Source: Callorhinchus milii (lineage: Eukaryota). Taken from it: a stretch of DNA of 64,000 nt. The position numbers and the translations under genes were made by a program. Shown here piece by piece: positions 12,590-26,618 of the stretch. The first letter of the stretch is position 1, and each line of letters starts with the position of its first letter. The stretch lies in the NCBI RefSeq assembly GCF_018977255.1, contig NW_024704743.1, positions 46,812,001 to 46,876,000 of the forward strand, given 5' to 3'. Under the pieces are notes generated by a model. The model ran no database searches and had not been told where the DNA came from. It saw nothing but the letters and a program-made list of their open reading frames with translations.

Positions 12590-12800
12590 TCCCTGGGTCA
12601 GTTGATAACACTCGTCTGAGTTAGAACACGCCCTACATCAAGTCTCACATAGTCCAGCCTGACACTCTAATACAGTGCTGGGGGATTCCTGCATTATTGG
12701 AGTTGCCATCCTTCACTTTACAGTAAAATCCTGTGAAGCACGTTGAGATGTTTCGACATAAGATGCTATATCAAATGCAAGTACAGTATTATTAATAATA
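12590..12800 (+). mobile_element. Old Deu-type SINE with internal deletion
   Basis: Degenerate head, ...gcctgacactctaatacagtgctg... segment and SINE tail. Confidence 0.55.
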
Positions 12801-15800
12801 AATAGGGATTTTATTTTGATTCTGAATTTTTCTTCAGAAAGGCCTAATTTCTCTGTAACAGAAATGTTCTGCTCCGAAGAAGCTGAATACTGTCACGTCA
12901 AAATGTATCCATTCAAAATTGGATTTTCATGTGATAATGCACAGTATTGACATAATCCTTTTCACGTGAACTTTGGAAAAAAAGGAATGGTTTTACCACC
13001 TGGTATTGTTGACTGTGATTAGTATAGTCAGTGCATTTTAACAGTCTGTTCACAGATTTAATAGATGGAAAACTCAAGAGTACATAAATTATTTTGGAAA
13101 AAGTTGGATGCTTGAAAAAGAGAAGTATTAAAGGGTGTGAATAGCGAGTAGAAGAATTAGATAAGAGTAGGTGTTTCGTTTGGATAATGAAGCTCAGTAT
13201 AGTCCCGACGGTCTGAATGGCTTGTTTCTGTGCTGTAGCATTCTTTGATGTCAGCAAAATTAGCACGTAGTCAGCGTCGCCACATAGACTGGCTACATGT
13301 ATTCAGTGCAACATCTGACGTAATGTCTACAGTGAAAGAAATTAATGCATCAAAAGATTTTCCTTTGTCTCCACACTGATACATTTCTTTGGTTTATAAA
13401 AAGCTTCTGCCTGATTTGAGGTCTCATCACAACAACTACTATGCCAATTGTACAACTTAGTGTGATGTGGCACAGGCCCGCTTGATCTTATCAGTCTCCG
13501 TTCTCCTGTGCTTTTATCTGGTATTTGCTCATCTTTATTTTCTTTCCAATTTTAGTATTAATCCCTGCTGAAAGTGGTAGAGCTTTATTGTAGCAGTCTG
13601 AGAATGCATTTTGCTTCTGTGAAAGTTTCTTGTGGTGCTTATTTGTTGTTTGCAAATAATTGTTAATGTTTTTAAATTTATCTCCTGGTGTTTAAAAATG
13701 TAAACACATTTCAATTTCAGACTTGGTGAGAATTTTTTTTGACTGAGAGCCTTTTTGGAGATCAAGGTAGACCAGGACTCTAGCAGAAAATGTCTTCAAT
13801 GATATTGTAGGAATTTTAATTTCCACCTGAACAGACAGTTTTTTTAGTGAGCCTGGTGTCTGACACATGTGGAAACCCATCACCATGCTTGAAAGTGCAT
13901 CCCACCTATACATGGAAATTCCATCAAGACCTTGTTTAACATCTCATATTAAAAGATGGCACCTTTGACAATGTCCAGTACTGTACTCAGTACTCCAGTC
14001 AGGCCTCCATTGTACTGTGATATACATTACTGTACCATGTACCCAGTATTGTGCTATCTGCTTGGATTATGAGCTTGGGTCTCAGTGTGAGTGTACCAAT
14101 GGAGCTAAACTGAAACTTGCATATAATTTTCATCTCTTTAGTCAGCACAGTACTTTTTTACATTACTGAGATTGTGCAGTTGCTGAATTAGACTAGATGA
14201 ATCAATTGGAGAAAAACACCAGTGCAGACTTGATGGCCGAATGAACTTTTTCTGTGCTGTAGCATTCTATAAATCTGTATCGACTTTGCAGTTGTCTGAA
14301 ATATATTACCAAAGCTATCCCTCTAGTGCATTAATTGTTAAACAAATACAATTACAAAAGACTCTAATTTCATTTTTGATTTTCATATTCTAGGTTCAGC
14401 AGAAAGTGAAGAGAACAAATGTCTCATTAAGTTGATTCCAGTATTTGCTTAGAGAAGAAAATGTCTGTTGTGTTATGAATGGAGACTCATTGCATTTCCA
14501 CAGCCTAAATGCACGGGACAATGACCCTGGTTTAGTGAGCATTAGTTGACTTTGGACATTTGCTTTCAAAAGCCGAGGATTTTTNGGCAGTCTGTCTGGG
14601 ATGGAGCTTGATATAGGCAGGAGAAGTGGTGCATAGTGGTTTGCTGCTGGTATTTCTGTAGTACATTTGAGGCTGTTCTGTGAAGATTTGTGGATTAATA
14701 TATATTGAGGTTTATGATCTGTGTGGATTTTTTTGCATTGATACACGATAATATCTATTTTATGGCACTAAAAATAGTGATCTTTTCATTTTAGGGAACC
14801 TTGAGGAAACACATCACTATTTTTAGTGAGCATAACATTGACCTGCAACTGCTCGTATTTTGGGATATAAACATGGAGGCCTGACTCAAGTGCAAACAAC
14901 TCTGGTGATTTTCTGATTGTGATCTTAGAGAATCAACAATTCTTCAGTGCTGGTTTGGATATTCTCTAACAACAAGTAGGTCATCCTCATCAAGACCACT
15001 TGATTGAAGCTGTGATTGAAACAAAAAAAGCCTCAATGTATTTAAGAGAGAGCTTGATACATAATAATAATAATCCTTGCATTTGATATAGCGCCTTATC
15101 AAGTCTTTGAGACTTCTCAAAGCGCTTCCCAGAATACACTGTAAAGTGAATTGATTATTTTGTGGGCGGATGAGGGAGAAAGGAATAGAGGGGTGTAAGA
15201 GAGAGGATTAGTAAGCATGGGAGTTCATATGGAGTATAAAAACCAGCATGGACTAGCTGTTTCTGTGCTGCATCATTCCAAGTAATTCTAAGTAACTATG
15301 TATAACATAGTTGATTGTAATAACCAGAGAATATTGGAGCATATTTGCAGTCCTAAATCTACAACAGTTTCTGAGAATTGAGACACAAAATGCATCTAGT
15401 CTTTCTTTATTGTTGTGTAATATCCAGCTGAAGTTACTTGAAATCTGCTTTCATCTCTTACTCCAAAAGCTGCTATCATATACTTGTGACAAAATATCTG
15501 AATATTGCATTCATCTGAAAAGAAACAGACAGGCTAGAGATTGAAGCTGATGTGAGACGCTGAAATTAAATAGTATATTGTGAGTTTGAATACATATTTA
15601 TCAGGTAGTGAATTTAAGTTGCAAAGAAATCCCATGTTGACATACAAATTAGTTATTTGCATGCATTATATGAACTCCTACCAGAAATGAGCAAGTATAG
15701 TGAGATTGGTTGTCATGATAGCATAATGATAAAAATCTTTGGTAACAATGTGAGGTGCGTGTTCATTCTGTTCACAAGCTTATGGTTGGTGTTTCTACTC

Positions 15801-18154
15801 CCTGACAAATATTTACCAAAATATAATCTGTACTTGGTAAAGATGTAAATTTTCAACAAAGAGGAGAGTAGCTATCATTGGAGAGTCAGCAAATGGGTTA
15901 CAGGTCCTGATGTGGAACTTAAACCCATGACCATCTGACACCGAGATGAGAGTGCTACCATTAGATCTGCAATGACCTACATCATCCATCCAATAAAAAT
16001 GGTAGCTTCAGATCCTGCATGGGTGTGTCATATGATAACAAATAATTTGCAGTTTGCTCCAGAATATTAAAACTAATTTTATTGACCAAGAAAATATTAA
16101 CATTTATCCTGTAAGTTGGCTGAATGACAAAAAAAGGAATATCATTAATACTGAGACCCTGGGCCAATCCTTTAAAGAACTATAAGCGGGAATTGATTCT
16201 GCTATGTTTTAATGAACAAAGGGTACATGTCAAAGAGTGATTTATCCACGATAAAAAGTATTGAGTGCTGCCAGTTGCATAATTCATCAGCCACCATGGC
16301 CATGATGTAAGTGATTTTTTTTTGTAAACTCTCAGTCCCTGGTGTATTCTGTTTATGGTATATGGTTCTTTTAGCCACCATTTAATTGTGTTCCATTCTG
16401 ATTATTTCTGGAATACTTAATAGTACATAATTTAAAAGAAGCTGGGGAATAATGTGTAAAGTCAAATATTGGAAAGAGGCCTGGAATTGTGGGGGGGAAA
16501 CTAAGCTTTCAACATTTTAACCAGAGTCCTGTTTATTAATAATATAAATAATAAATCATCCTTGCATTTGATGCAGTTCCTTTCACATTAGGAGGATGTC
16601 TCCAAGTGCTTCACGGGATTTTAATGTGAAGTGCATTGACTTTATTTTTGTAGGTGAACAACTAAATAACAATAACTAAATGGGTTATTTAGTTAGGCTT
16701 TACAAATCACCAATCCAATCCTCTGGTGGTAGTTTATGGATCATGGTGAGATATATGAAGAATGTGAGGAAGTGCGAAAAGAGAAACATTGTTCCTTCGA
16801 GACGTTGTGTGAAATCTACCCTGTCCTGCGTGCTGACCTTTCCATCCAATCCCCTGAGGGAAAATTCTCAATAAATATTCATTGATCTCAAGTTAATGGG
16901 GGAAAACTTCTAAAATGTTCAGCCGTTTCCAATATTCTACCCTGACGTGCCAGCATGTGTGGAAACAAAGCCTGTAAGCTATTTTAATAGGGAATTAAAA
17001 GGAAAATAATATTAAAGAGTAGGGGGTATGATTATACTGGGTAGCTTATGTGGAGAAAAAAAACATCAGAGTAGACTTAAAAGGCTGAATGGTCAAATGG
17101 CTTTACAGCACTCTGATTCCACTAAAAAAACAGCAACCTGGGCCCAGCAGCACAGAACTATAGTGAGCTATGGTGGATTGATTATTCCAAGCTGTACAAT
17201 GATTTCCAATCAGATTTTCCTGCAGTATCTTTTTCAAAAGGTCATTCAAAATGTACAATATCCAGCAACAGTTATCTGTATTGTATGTTTTAAAAGAACT
17301 TTTCAAAACACTTGACAAGTGTAATAGTGGACAGAATCGTGAAATAAGAAATTTTAAAGATTTTGATCAAAGACACAGTTGAAGAGAGACGTTTTTATGA
17401 TTTTGAAGGTGAGGGTGGAAAGAGATGGGAAGACAAAGTGATTTGGAATTGAGATTCAAAGGACTTGGGGGCATGGGGTGGTGAGAGTCTCCCTTTGGTG
17501 GAGCAAAGGGAGTAGGAAGTGAGCAATACTAGAGTCAGAAGGGCTGGAATGTAGAGTTGGAGAAGTATTGTGGGGAAGAGCATAAGGAGATTGGAAGACA
17601 ACAAGAACTTGCATTTATGTAGCTCCCCTCATACAGGGTAGCATCCCAGAGACCAGGACAAGTTGCTAAAACTTGGTACTGTGGGCAAGTGTAACTTTGT
17701 GGGGGTGAGGGTAACGTATGAGGGGAGTTGTGTTGGAGAGATATTTGACTGTGGAGTTCTACATCATTTGAAGCTTCTGGAGAGCAGAACTCGGCATTTT
17801 TGCCAGAAGACTGTTCTACATATCTGCTGCTCTGAAGGAAGGGATGTATTTTTTCCTAATCTTCTGGGTTACTTGGGGCTAAAATAAAGTTGCATAAATG
17901 CCATTCAAAGAATTTCATTGTGTTCATCTTCTAATTTGTACAAATTACATAGCTCTCATCAATTCTTGTGTAACTATCATTTGAGACGGTTTATATTGCA
18001 TTGGTTGCCTGCACAAAAACAAACCCAAACCTGCATAAGACCACTTTGCAGACTGCAATGTAACTTATGAAAGATCCTAGGAAAAAAAATTCAAGTTACA
18101 TGGTTCTGTTTTATGGCTTTGTTGTTCCTTCCCTCCACTAGATTATTGTAATTA

Positions 18155-18308
18155 CAGTCGAACGTGTTCAAGCAACAACCTCCTCTCGGCAACCATTCCC
18201 TGTTAACAATCATCCTGGGACAGCCCAGTTCGCACACCAACAGACCCTTATTCAAAGGCCACCCTTTGGCCCAGTCCTTTGAGCAATTGTTGTAGACAGG
18301 TTTGACTC
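18155..18308. mobile_element. Tc1/mariner (Tigger/pogo-like) MITE, decayed
   Basis: TA|CAGTCGAACGTGTT...GACAGGTTTGACT: imperfect terminal inverted repeats starting CAGT after a TA. Confidence 0.55.
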
Positions 18309-18454
18309 GATCCAATAACTAAAGTGTAATCTCTGCTTTGTTTTTGAGCATAATCCAGCAGGCTCAGCCTTAGGCTCAGAACCTGGAGATCATCACACGG
18401 CCTCCATGGATAATCCATCTGCTGATTGAAAGTGACTGATGACTGCCGTTCCTG

Positions 18455-18780
18455 GTTTTGCTCAGTGGGCTCCGGCCTGCTTCATTCCCCCTCCTCGTCT
18501 GCCCCACTATTGGCGGGTGGCCTTCTGCCATTCTGCCCATCCTCTGGAACTCCATCCCTCAGTCCCTCCACCTTGCCCCCTCCCTTGCCTCCTTCAAGAC
18601 CTGTTCAAGATCCTCCTCTTCGAATGTGCCTTCGGTCACCCTCCTTACCCCCACCTGCCCTCCACCCTCCCCTATCCCAAACCCCAGCTCGGGTCCGAAA
18701 CGCTGATTGTCCAATGCCTTGGGCCGTCCTCCCGACGTGAAAGGCGCTCTACAAAATGTAAGTTTGCGGTTGTTGTTGTA
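18455..18780 (+). mobile_element. L2 LINE 3' end
   Basis: Homologous to the 3' ends at 1969 and 60388; (TTG)n tail. Confidence 0.85.
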
Positions 18781-18789
18781 AAGTGATGA

Positions 18790-19065
18790 GGGGGCATTTT
18801 ACGTGGCTAGCAAATGGGAAGGCTAGGAGAAACATTTTCACACACAAAGTGATTAGGATATAGAATATTCCGCTGGGAACGATGGTTGAGGAGGAATCTA
18901 TATTAGCTTTCAAAAGTGAACTAGATAGATATCTCAAAAGCAGGAATTTACAAGGATATGAGGAATTGTCAGGTAAATGGGACTGAAAGGATGGCTCTTT
19001 AAAAGAACCAGCACACGATGATCTGAATGGTCTTCTTCTGTACTGCAAATTTCTACGGTTCTATG
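18790..19065 (+). mobile_element. CR1 LINE 3' end
   Basis: RGH...RRNIFTHKV...FKSELDRYL...QGY-like remnant followed by a short-repeat tail. Confidence 0.7.
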
Positions 19066-22000
19066 GATTGCAGCTCTAGGTTATGAATTATTTACTTTGC
19101 TCTATAGACATCTCAGGCCCATCAGTCACTTGGTACACATTACCTTTCACTGAAACTTTAATCAGAAACGGGAGTTGGATATTTAATTAATCTGGGCTTG
19201 TCTGAAAGTAAATGTAATTGAGCGTAGTTGGTGAAATTTGGTGAATACTGCAGATCTGTTGGCAAATGTGTATGAAGTTTACAGATGTGAATTGTTCAGT
19301 GATTACCTTTTTTTCTGTAATAGAATTCTTCATTCATGTGATACTGGCATTTCAAAAGTGATGGATCTGTCAGTCACGTTCAAAACCATTGGTAATACAG
19401 TACTGTTTTTTCTGAAGTGAATTAAATTGGTATCCCATTAGATTCACCTTGTGTAATTGTGTGATATTTAAAATAGATTCAAACTATCACCTTTATTTGT
19501 ATAAAACTGTGTGCCATTTCTAATGGGATGTGCTACTAAACATGCAAATGCAGATTTACATTGCTTTGCAGGTCAGAAAACTGAGGGGACCTCCTTTAGG
19601 CCTCCAGTTTAATACCTTTGTTTACATACCTGTTTCAGTGGTAATTCATCTGCCTTGACCTTAACTATAATCTCATCTATATGAATGATCTCATCTGTAG
19701 ATCACTTGGAAAATGAAGTTGCCTTATGTAAGATGCAAAAAGTAGCGTTCCAATGCATTTGCTTGTTCAGAGCTTATGCTAGACAAAGTGATAATTAGAG
19801 CATCATCATCCTTACTATTGCAGTGGCAGTGATGGACATAATTCCAGAACAAGCTGAGGTTGGGTGTTGCAGCTCTTGATCTGTGTGCTTTTCCTGCTCC
19901 TTAGCTGAAAATCCATACCTTTAATGGCAAAAACAGTGTGCAAGACTGATTTCAATTTAAAGGTAATCGATTAGTCCAATTGGATTCTATTGGTGGCTGA
20001 GAAGGAAATTAGAGTTTTTGTTTATTTCTTATTTTGAAAAAGGAACATCAGGGGTCATGTCTTATTCTGGGCAGAAAGGTAGAAGGCAGAAAGATTTTTA
20101 ACATAAGCAGCATCATGGTTAAGGGTGTTTTAGTTCAGTGAGTTAGTACTCTGCCTTTTAGCTCTGAAACCTCAGTTTAAATCCTGCACAGATATGCATT
20201 GAGATTCTGACTCAAGGTTTTGTTTGCAGAGGTGCATGAGGCAATGCTATACTGTTAACATTGCATAATCCAAAATAAAAAGAAATTAGAAATCTCACAG
20301 TTCCAAATACACAGATCTATTAAATCTCACAAATGCTCAGTAACTTCACATTTGGCAGTATTGTTGAAAGCAGATGTTTGGCGCTAGCCACTGGTCGTCA
20401 GACCATCTGGAAGAGGTGTTCCTATATTGCTCGTACTGCTCAGAACTGTAGCTGGCATATAGTGTGCTTTCTTAACTTTAAACTCAGGCGATCTGCCATT
20501 CAATCTCTAAAAAAAAAGTAATGTTCAGAGATTATTAATATCGCTGGTGGCCAAGAGGGCAATGGTTAGTCCACTGATTTAATATGATCAGGGTTTTTGA
20601 TGAGCAAGCTGGAAATGCTTCATTTCAACTTGCTTTGCTCCAATGTAATATACTGTCAGAGTGGTATTCTCTTATGTTGACATGACTCATGTATGACTTA
20701 CTACATGCTCAAAGGAGTCGTCTCTCTGAAAGGAATCTTGTTAGCAATTGCTACTTATTAAGGCCTTTTTGCATGTACACATGCATGCATTAAGCTCTGG
20801 TGCCTCTTCCACCTCCCTCCTCCCAATCCCCTGGTCGCTCTCCACCCACCCCACTGCCCCCTTTCAGTCCCCTGGTTCTTCTTCCCCCTCCCCCATCCCA
20901 ATTCCCTGGGCACTCTTAATAATGATATAAGGAGCAATGTAACTGATTTGGTAACCCACTTGCATCACTGCTAAAAATGGTCAGTAAGGCACTACCTAAT
21001 GGTTTGTAACTAACTGTAGGGTAACGTTTGATAAGGGCTTGGGACACCCACTAGTTTAATGTTGTTGACTCTCTAAGGTTTTGTTTGTGGAGATGTGTGA
21101 GGCAATCTTACACTGTTGACTATTGGTGTGTCATGGGAATACAGTGAGGTGCCAAATAGAAAAATGAGCTTTGTCATCTATATGACTGACTTTGATCTCT
21201 GACTGACTTCCAAATCTTTCCCTTCTTTGTATAACTGAGGTAGTTATTTTGTTTGTCTTCACTTCACTGAAGCTCTACTGAATGTCAATTGACCTGGAGT
21301 GCCTTGATCAGAGTTCGCATTTATCTTCATATTGGGATGAAAACTCATCCCTCAGATGTATATGATAAGTCACATTCTTCCCCAATGCCCCCCTCCTTTA
21401 ATGCTTATCCCCTTGACAGACGTTAAGTAGCAAATTTCAAGCAACAGTTTACAGTAACTCTGATGTGAAATTTGTGAAAGAAATTTGCCGTTTTGGCCTT
21501 TGCTGTCAACCCTGATCGGACAATTCAAAGAAATTATGTTCATTTAAATTCCTCCAAAGTGAAGGTATTTTGTAGGTGTGATACTTGGCATTGTTTGTAG
21601 CGTATTCATTGAAAACTTAGTGGAACATAAAATGAAGCTATTGGGACATAGAGAAGAAATGCATCCTTCAAGTGTAACTCCATCCACATGGATCGTTTCC
21701 ATATTCACAATCTCTTTCTCCAACATTACTTACAGCAAATATTTGGTTCTAAGCTTAATTTCTTTACTTGCACTTTGATAAGCATTTTATGAAATCCTAT
21801 TGTAGGGTTTTGTTTTTCGGATCATTTTTCAAACAAGTGGCTTGTTTGCTCTCAAGTGCCCATTGAAGTATTATATGTTCACCCACAAAATATACAGTCA
21901 ATTCACTTTACAGTATATTCTGTGAAGTGCATTGAGACGACTAGAAAATGTGATAAGGCTCTATATCAAATGCAAGTGTTATTACATACTCGAATAATAT

Positions 22001-23169
22001 GAGTTCAAATGAGGTGCATTTGAGATTTAAGGCATTTTATTCACTGCAGCTTTTGTAGAACTCCCTCTTGTGGGAGATGAGCTGTTGAAATTGGTGAATA
22101 TTAAAAGCTCAATTAAAAATGTATAGAAAGCGTTCAATTGATCAAGACACCTGACTGCAAGGGTTTCTGACAACTTCATTCAATAGACTATCTCGCAGGT
22201 GGTTTTCAAAAATGAGATAACCCTTGTGACAACGTGAAGCAATCCACACACACTATCAATCTGTGGGTGATACCAATTGAAAGGGAATCTTAACAACTAA
22301 AATTCCAAGTTCAAGCTGATGCCAACTAAGTGTTAGTTAGCCCAAGATTGATGAGGCAGTCGGGGTGAGCTCATGGTACAAACCTAAATTGTGAACCAGG
22401 TTGGATGCTCAGGCCCAGGGGCAGGCCGGACCACAGGGGAGACATAATGATGAAGAGATTTGTTAACCTGATAGTTTTGTACAATGTTCAGAACGAAAAT
22501 TCCTAGATATGGAAGGAAACAAGTTTTAGATTGGAGACTCTTAAAAAAATGTGAGAAAGTAGACACTATAATTCTCTTCTAGAGTAAGGAAGAGCAAGGG
22601 AGAGAGTTTGAAATAATTACAAAAATCTCTCGTCCTCCATTATGAAGAAATATGACTTCAGCCCTTGTTATCAAACAACAAGAATAAATTTACATTTATA
22701 CAGGAATTTTCATACTGGAAGGGCGTACCACAGTGCTTGACAGTCGAAGCTTTACACCCAAAGTGGAGGTGGGGATCAAGGGGATGGGGCGAGTGAATTT
22801 TGACCTTGAAGAAGGTGATGGAAGGAGTTAAGCTACCTATTAAGCTACCTTTAAATTAACAGTGAGCAAGCAAAAAGACACCAAGATACCAACTTGGAAC
22901 AGTTTGTGGGTAGCTGAACCATAAAGCCATGCCCCATAAACTTGTGAAGGTTACAGAGAGGTCAGCTATTATACCGACCAAGCAGGCAATACAGAAGAAC
23001 TACTGGATTAAAAAACGCTTGAAATGACAAATGGAAGCACTCATATTAGGTCAGTACTGTCACTTGCAACAACACAGCAGGCAGAGTTTACTACTTAATT
23101 TGCTGCCAAAGCTCTTAAATTTTCTTACATCTTAAAACGATGACCTCTGGTCACTGACTCACCAACCAT

Positions 23170-23720
23170 TGCAAATCATTTCTCTCAAAAACCAGTAAAA
23201 CTCAAATAAATCTTATCATTATAAATCATACAATCTCCTAAGTCGTACATCCACCCGAGTCTTATATGTATCCTATCAAAACCGCTTAATTTATTTATTT
23301 GGAGCCCCTGGCGCTACCCCACATGAAGGGTGCCATATAAATGCAGGTTGTTGTTGTTATAATCACCTCCTAACTTGTAATGCCACTTCTCTACTCTCCA
23401 TTACTCCTGCACTTACCGGCTGAATTGAATTGCTGGTAATGTCTCCCATCTGTCGACGCATGTTTAGAAGAATATAATTTGCCTTGATTGAATGTGATTC
23501 AGTTTGCCGGTATATGTGTATGCGCCAACGGGTCAAGATGTATTGAATCGCAGGAAATGTAGTCTTGACCCATCACCGCATGTGCACTTACTGGCTGCAG
23601 TGAATTATGCGTGCACAGTGTAGATTATTGACTATATTGAATTTTATATAGTTTATAGAGTTTGCCTGCAAATCAGACTTCACGTAAGTTATATTAAATG
23701 TTTTGTTTCCAACTGATACA
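23170..23720. repeat. Unclassified interspersed repeat, copy 1
   Basis: Colinear similarity with 29590-30262 (cacccgagtc, cctatcaaaacc, cacctcctaacttgtaa, agtttgcctgcaa, ccaactgat). Confidence 0.75.
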
Positions 23721-25254
23721 ACTTGTGTGCGTTTTACTGTACTCCATCAAAACCCCTCATAATTTTAAAGACTTCTATTGGGTCTAATCTCAACTTTCTC
23801 CGTTCTAGTAAAAATAGTTCCTCTAATCTCTGCCTTTGTGTCAAAATACCCTATTGTTGGTATCATTGTAGAAAATCTCCCTTGCACCCTCCTTATAACC
23901 CTGGCATCCTTTCTAAAACGGGGAGACCAAAGCTGGCTGTAATTCTCTAACTGCGGTCTAACTAACTATTTATAGCAGTTAACTTTCACCTCTTTGATGA
24001 AAACATTTTGACTCTCCTGACTAAGAGAGTAATTTGTAATTATAAGCTTTTTGTAATCATTATAGATTTGTCTAATTATATGTATTCTGTATCTTGGAGT
24101 GATTAAAATAACTTAGCTGTGTCTTGTCTCTGTCTCCTTGATTAACCTTTAGTCAAGAAATGGTTAAGCTTTATTTGAGCTGTGTGCTGCTTGGTTATTT
24201 TCTGAAAGATCTTTGGTTCCAATAAGGAAGTTGGTGATTTAAGTATTCTTAAAACGGGATTGACAACTGGAGACATAACTGCCTATCCTGTTTGTGCAAA
24301 TCACTTAATTCATTTAATACTCTGGAGACTCTTCTTTTCATATTTTACATCTAAAAGGCAGTATAACGATAATTTATTATTTAGGTGATTGCATTAAATG
24401 TATGTCCACTACCTAGGTTCTTAATATTCTGACCATAAAAAAGATCAAAATTTTCTTACACTATTAAGTCACTTAAATGCCTCTAAAACTGATCATGCTT
24501 AAACCCTCAATTTAATGTTCCTGGGGGCAGGAGATGTGTGTGAGTGCTGTCTGATTTCCTTCTCTGTTAGCAAGTGCCATCTTACCCACTAGTGTGATCT
24601 ACTCTAATTCCAATTACTGGCTTTTCCATATCTTTATTTTGTTCCTCTTCAAATATTCATTGATGATTCCTACAAGCAGCTTGGTTCAAAAAGCTTAAAT
24701 GCTCCCATGTGCTTTATGTTGGATTAAGGCCTAAAATCTGATGTCACAGAGTATTGTTTGCAGATCCGGCTGCTCAGGCAGTGCAGTGAGGAGTAATAAG
24801 AGATTCCCAATATTGTAGTTACAATAATGGCATTGTTCTATAACTTACGAGTTCTATAAGGTGATAAATGGAAATGAGAAAGTAAACCTAGAGCAATATT
24901 TTCTGATAAAACAAAGCAACGGAGCAAGATGCCACAATTTGAAGACTGACATTATAAAACACAGTAAATCTTCATACTGAGAACAGTTAACTGGAATGAG
25001 TTGTCAGTAATGGTAAAGGTGTTGGCGCTGGACTTATTTTAAAAACCTGCTTAAAGGTGTAATGAGAAGAGGGTAGGGTAGGTATTCTGGAATAAGATGA
25101 AATAGGTGAAGAGACTTCTTCATCCATACCTCTCTTGTGATCTTGTACGGCCGCTGCCAGTCAGTGCCCCTTTGGGGGCTGACTCCAGCGAGGGGGAGGG
25201 CAGCTGTCTTTGCCTTTTGGTGTACAGTGATCATCAGGAATAGTCATCAGCTTT

Positions 25255-26618
25255 CACCTCAAGGAGGCAAGGGAGGGGGTGAGGCGGAGGGACTACAGGA
25301 TGGAGTTCCAGAGGGAGGGGGCAGAGTGGCAGAAGGCCCACCCACCAAAAGTGGGGCGAGCGAGGCGGGGGATATAAAGCAGGTCGGAGCCCACTGAGTT
25401 GAAGGAGCGAGCAGGATGGTAGGGGGTTAGGAGGTTGCAGAGGTAGGTGGGAGCAAGACCACTGGAGAGCTTTGTAGGTGAAGACCAGGATCTTGAACTG
25501 TATCCTCTGTGTGATGGGAAGCCAGTGGAGTCGGACGAGGATGGGGGTGATAGGGTCACTGAGCCTAGTGCGGGAGAGGACACGGGCTGCAAAGTTCTGG
25601 ATGATCTGCAGCCTATGGAGGGAGGAATTGGGGAGGCCGACAAGCAATGAGTTTGCATTGTTAAACTCTGATGTAATGAATGCGTTTATGAGGGTTTCAG
25701 GAGCCTGTGGTGTGAGACAGTGGCTGAGCCGGGCGATGTTGTGGAGGTGGGGGAAGGCAGAATGGGTCTTAGCGCAGATGTGGGGTAGAAAGGATAGTTG
25801 ACGGTCAAACAAGACCCCAAGGTTCCGGACTGGCTTAGTAAGGTGGAGTGTGCTAATAATAATCCCTCCAAAGAACAAAACAATAATAAATTGGTCATTT
25901 TCAATCTACGACTGTTTGTGGGACATTGCTGTGCGCAATTGGCTGCCGCATTCGCCCACAAATATACAGTCAATTCACTTTACAGTGTGTTGTGTGAAGC
26001 GCTTTGGGACGACCTCCCGACTTGAAAAGCACTATACCAAATGCAAGGATTATTATTATTATTATTATTATGGATGTTGATGCTGTCAGCACCTGAGGTG
26101 AGGAGGCACTGACGGAGCCAATCAGGAGAGCCTCGGTCTTGTTGACATTCAACTGTAGAAAGTTAGTTCTCATCCAGGACTTGATGTCTGACAGACATTC
26201 TGTCAGGACAGCAGTGGTCCTGGAGTCAAGGGTGGAGGCAAAGAGGTAGAGTTGGGTGTCATCCGCATACATGTGGAAGTTGACCCCATGTCTGCAGATG
26301 ATGCCACCAAGAGGGAGCATATAGATATTGAAGAGGAGGGGACCAAGCACAGAGCCCTGAGGAATGCCACACGAGACGGTCCGGGGGCTGGAGGAGAAGT
26401 CGTTTGAGGAGATGAAGTGGAGGTGGTGCGAGAGGTACGATCTGAACCAGTCAAGAACAGAGCCTTGAAGGTTGAGGTGAGAGGAGAGGCGTTGGATGGG
26501 GATAGAGTGGTCAACAGTGTCGAAGGTCAGAAAGCAGAAAGGTCAAGGAGGAGACAGAGGAAGCCCTGGTCGCAGATGGACAGAATGTCATTTGTCACTT
26601 TGACTAGGGCTGTTTCTG
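25255..26618 (-). mobile_element. L2 LINE, 5'-truncated, with nested SINE
   Basis: [14 protein letters not shown]...[11 protein letters not shown]...[24 protein letters not shown]. Confidence 0.92.
25853..26071 (+). mobile_element. 5'-truncated SINE inside L2
   Basis: SINE body and (ATT)n tail; L2 sequence resumes on both sides. Confidence 0.9.
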
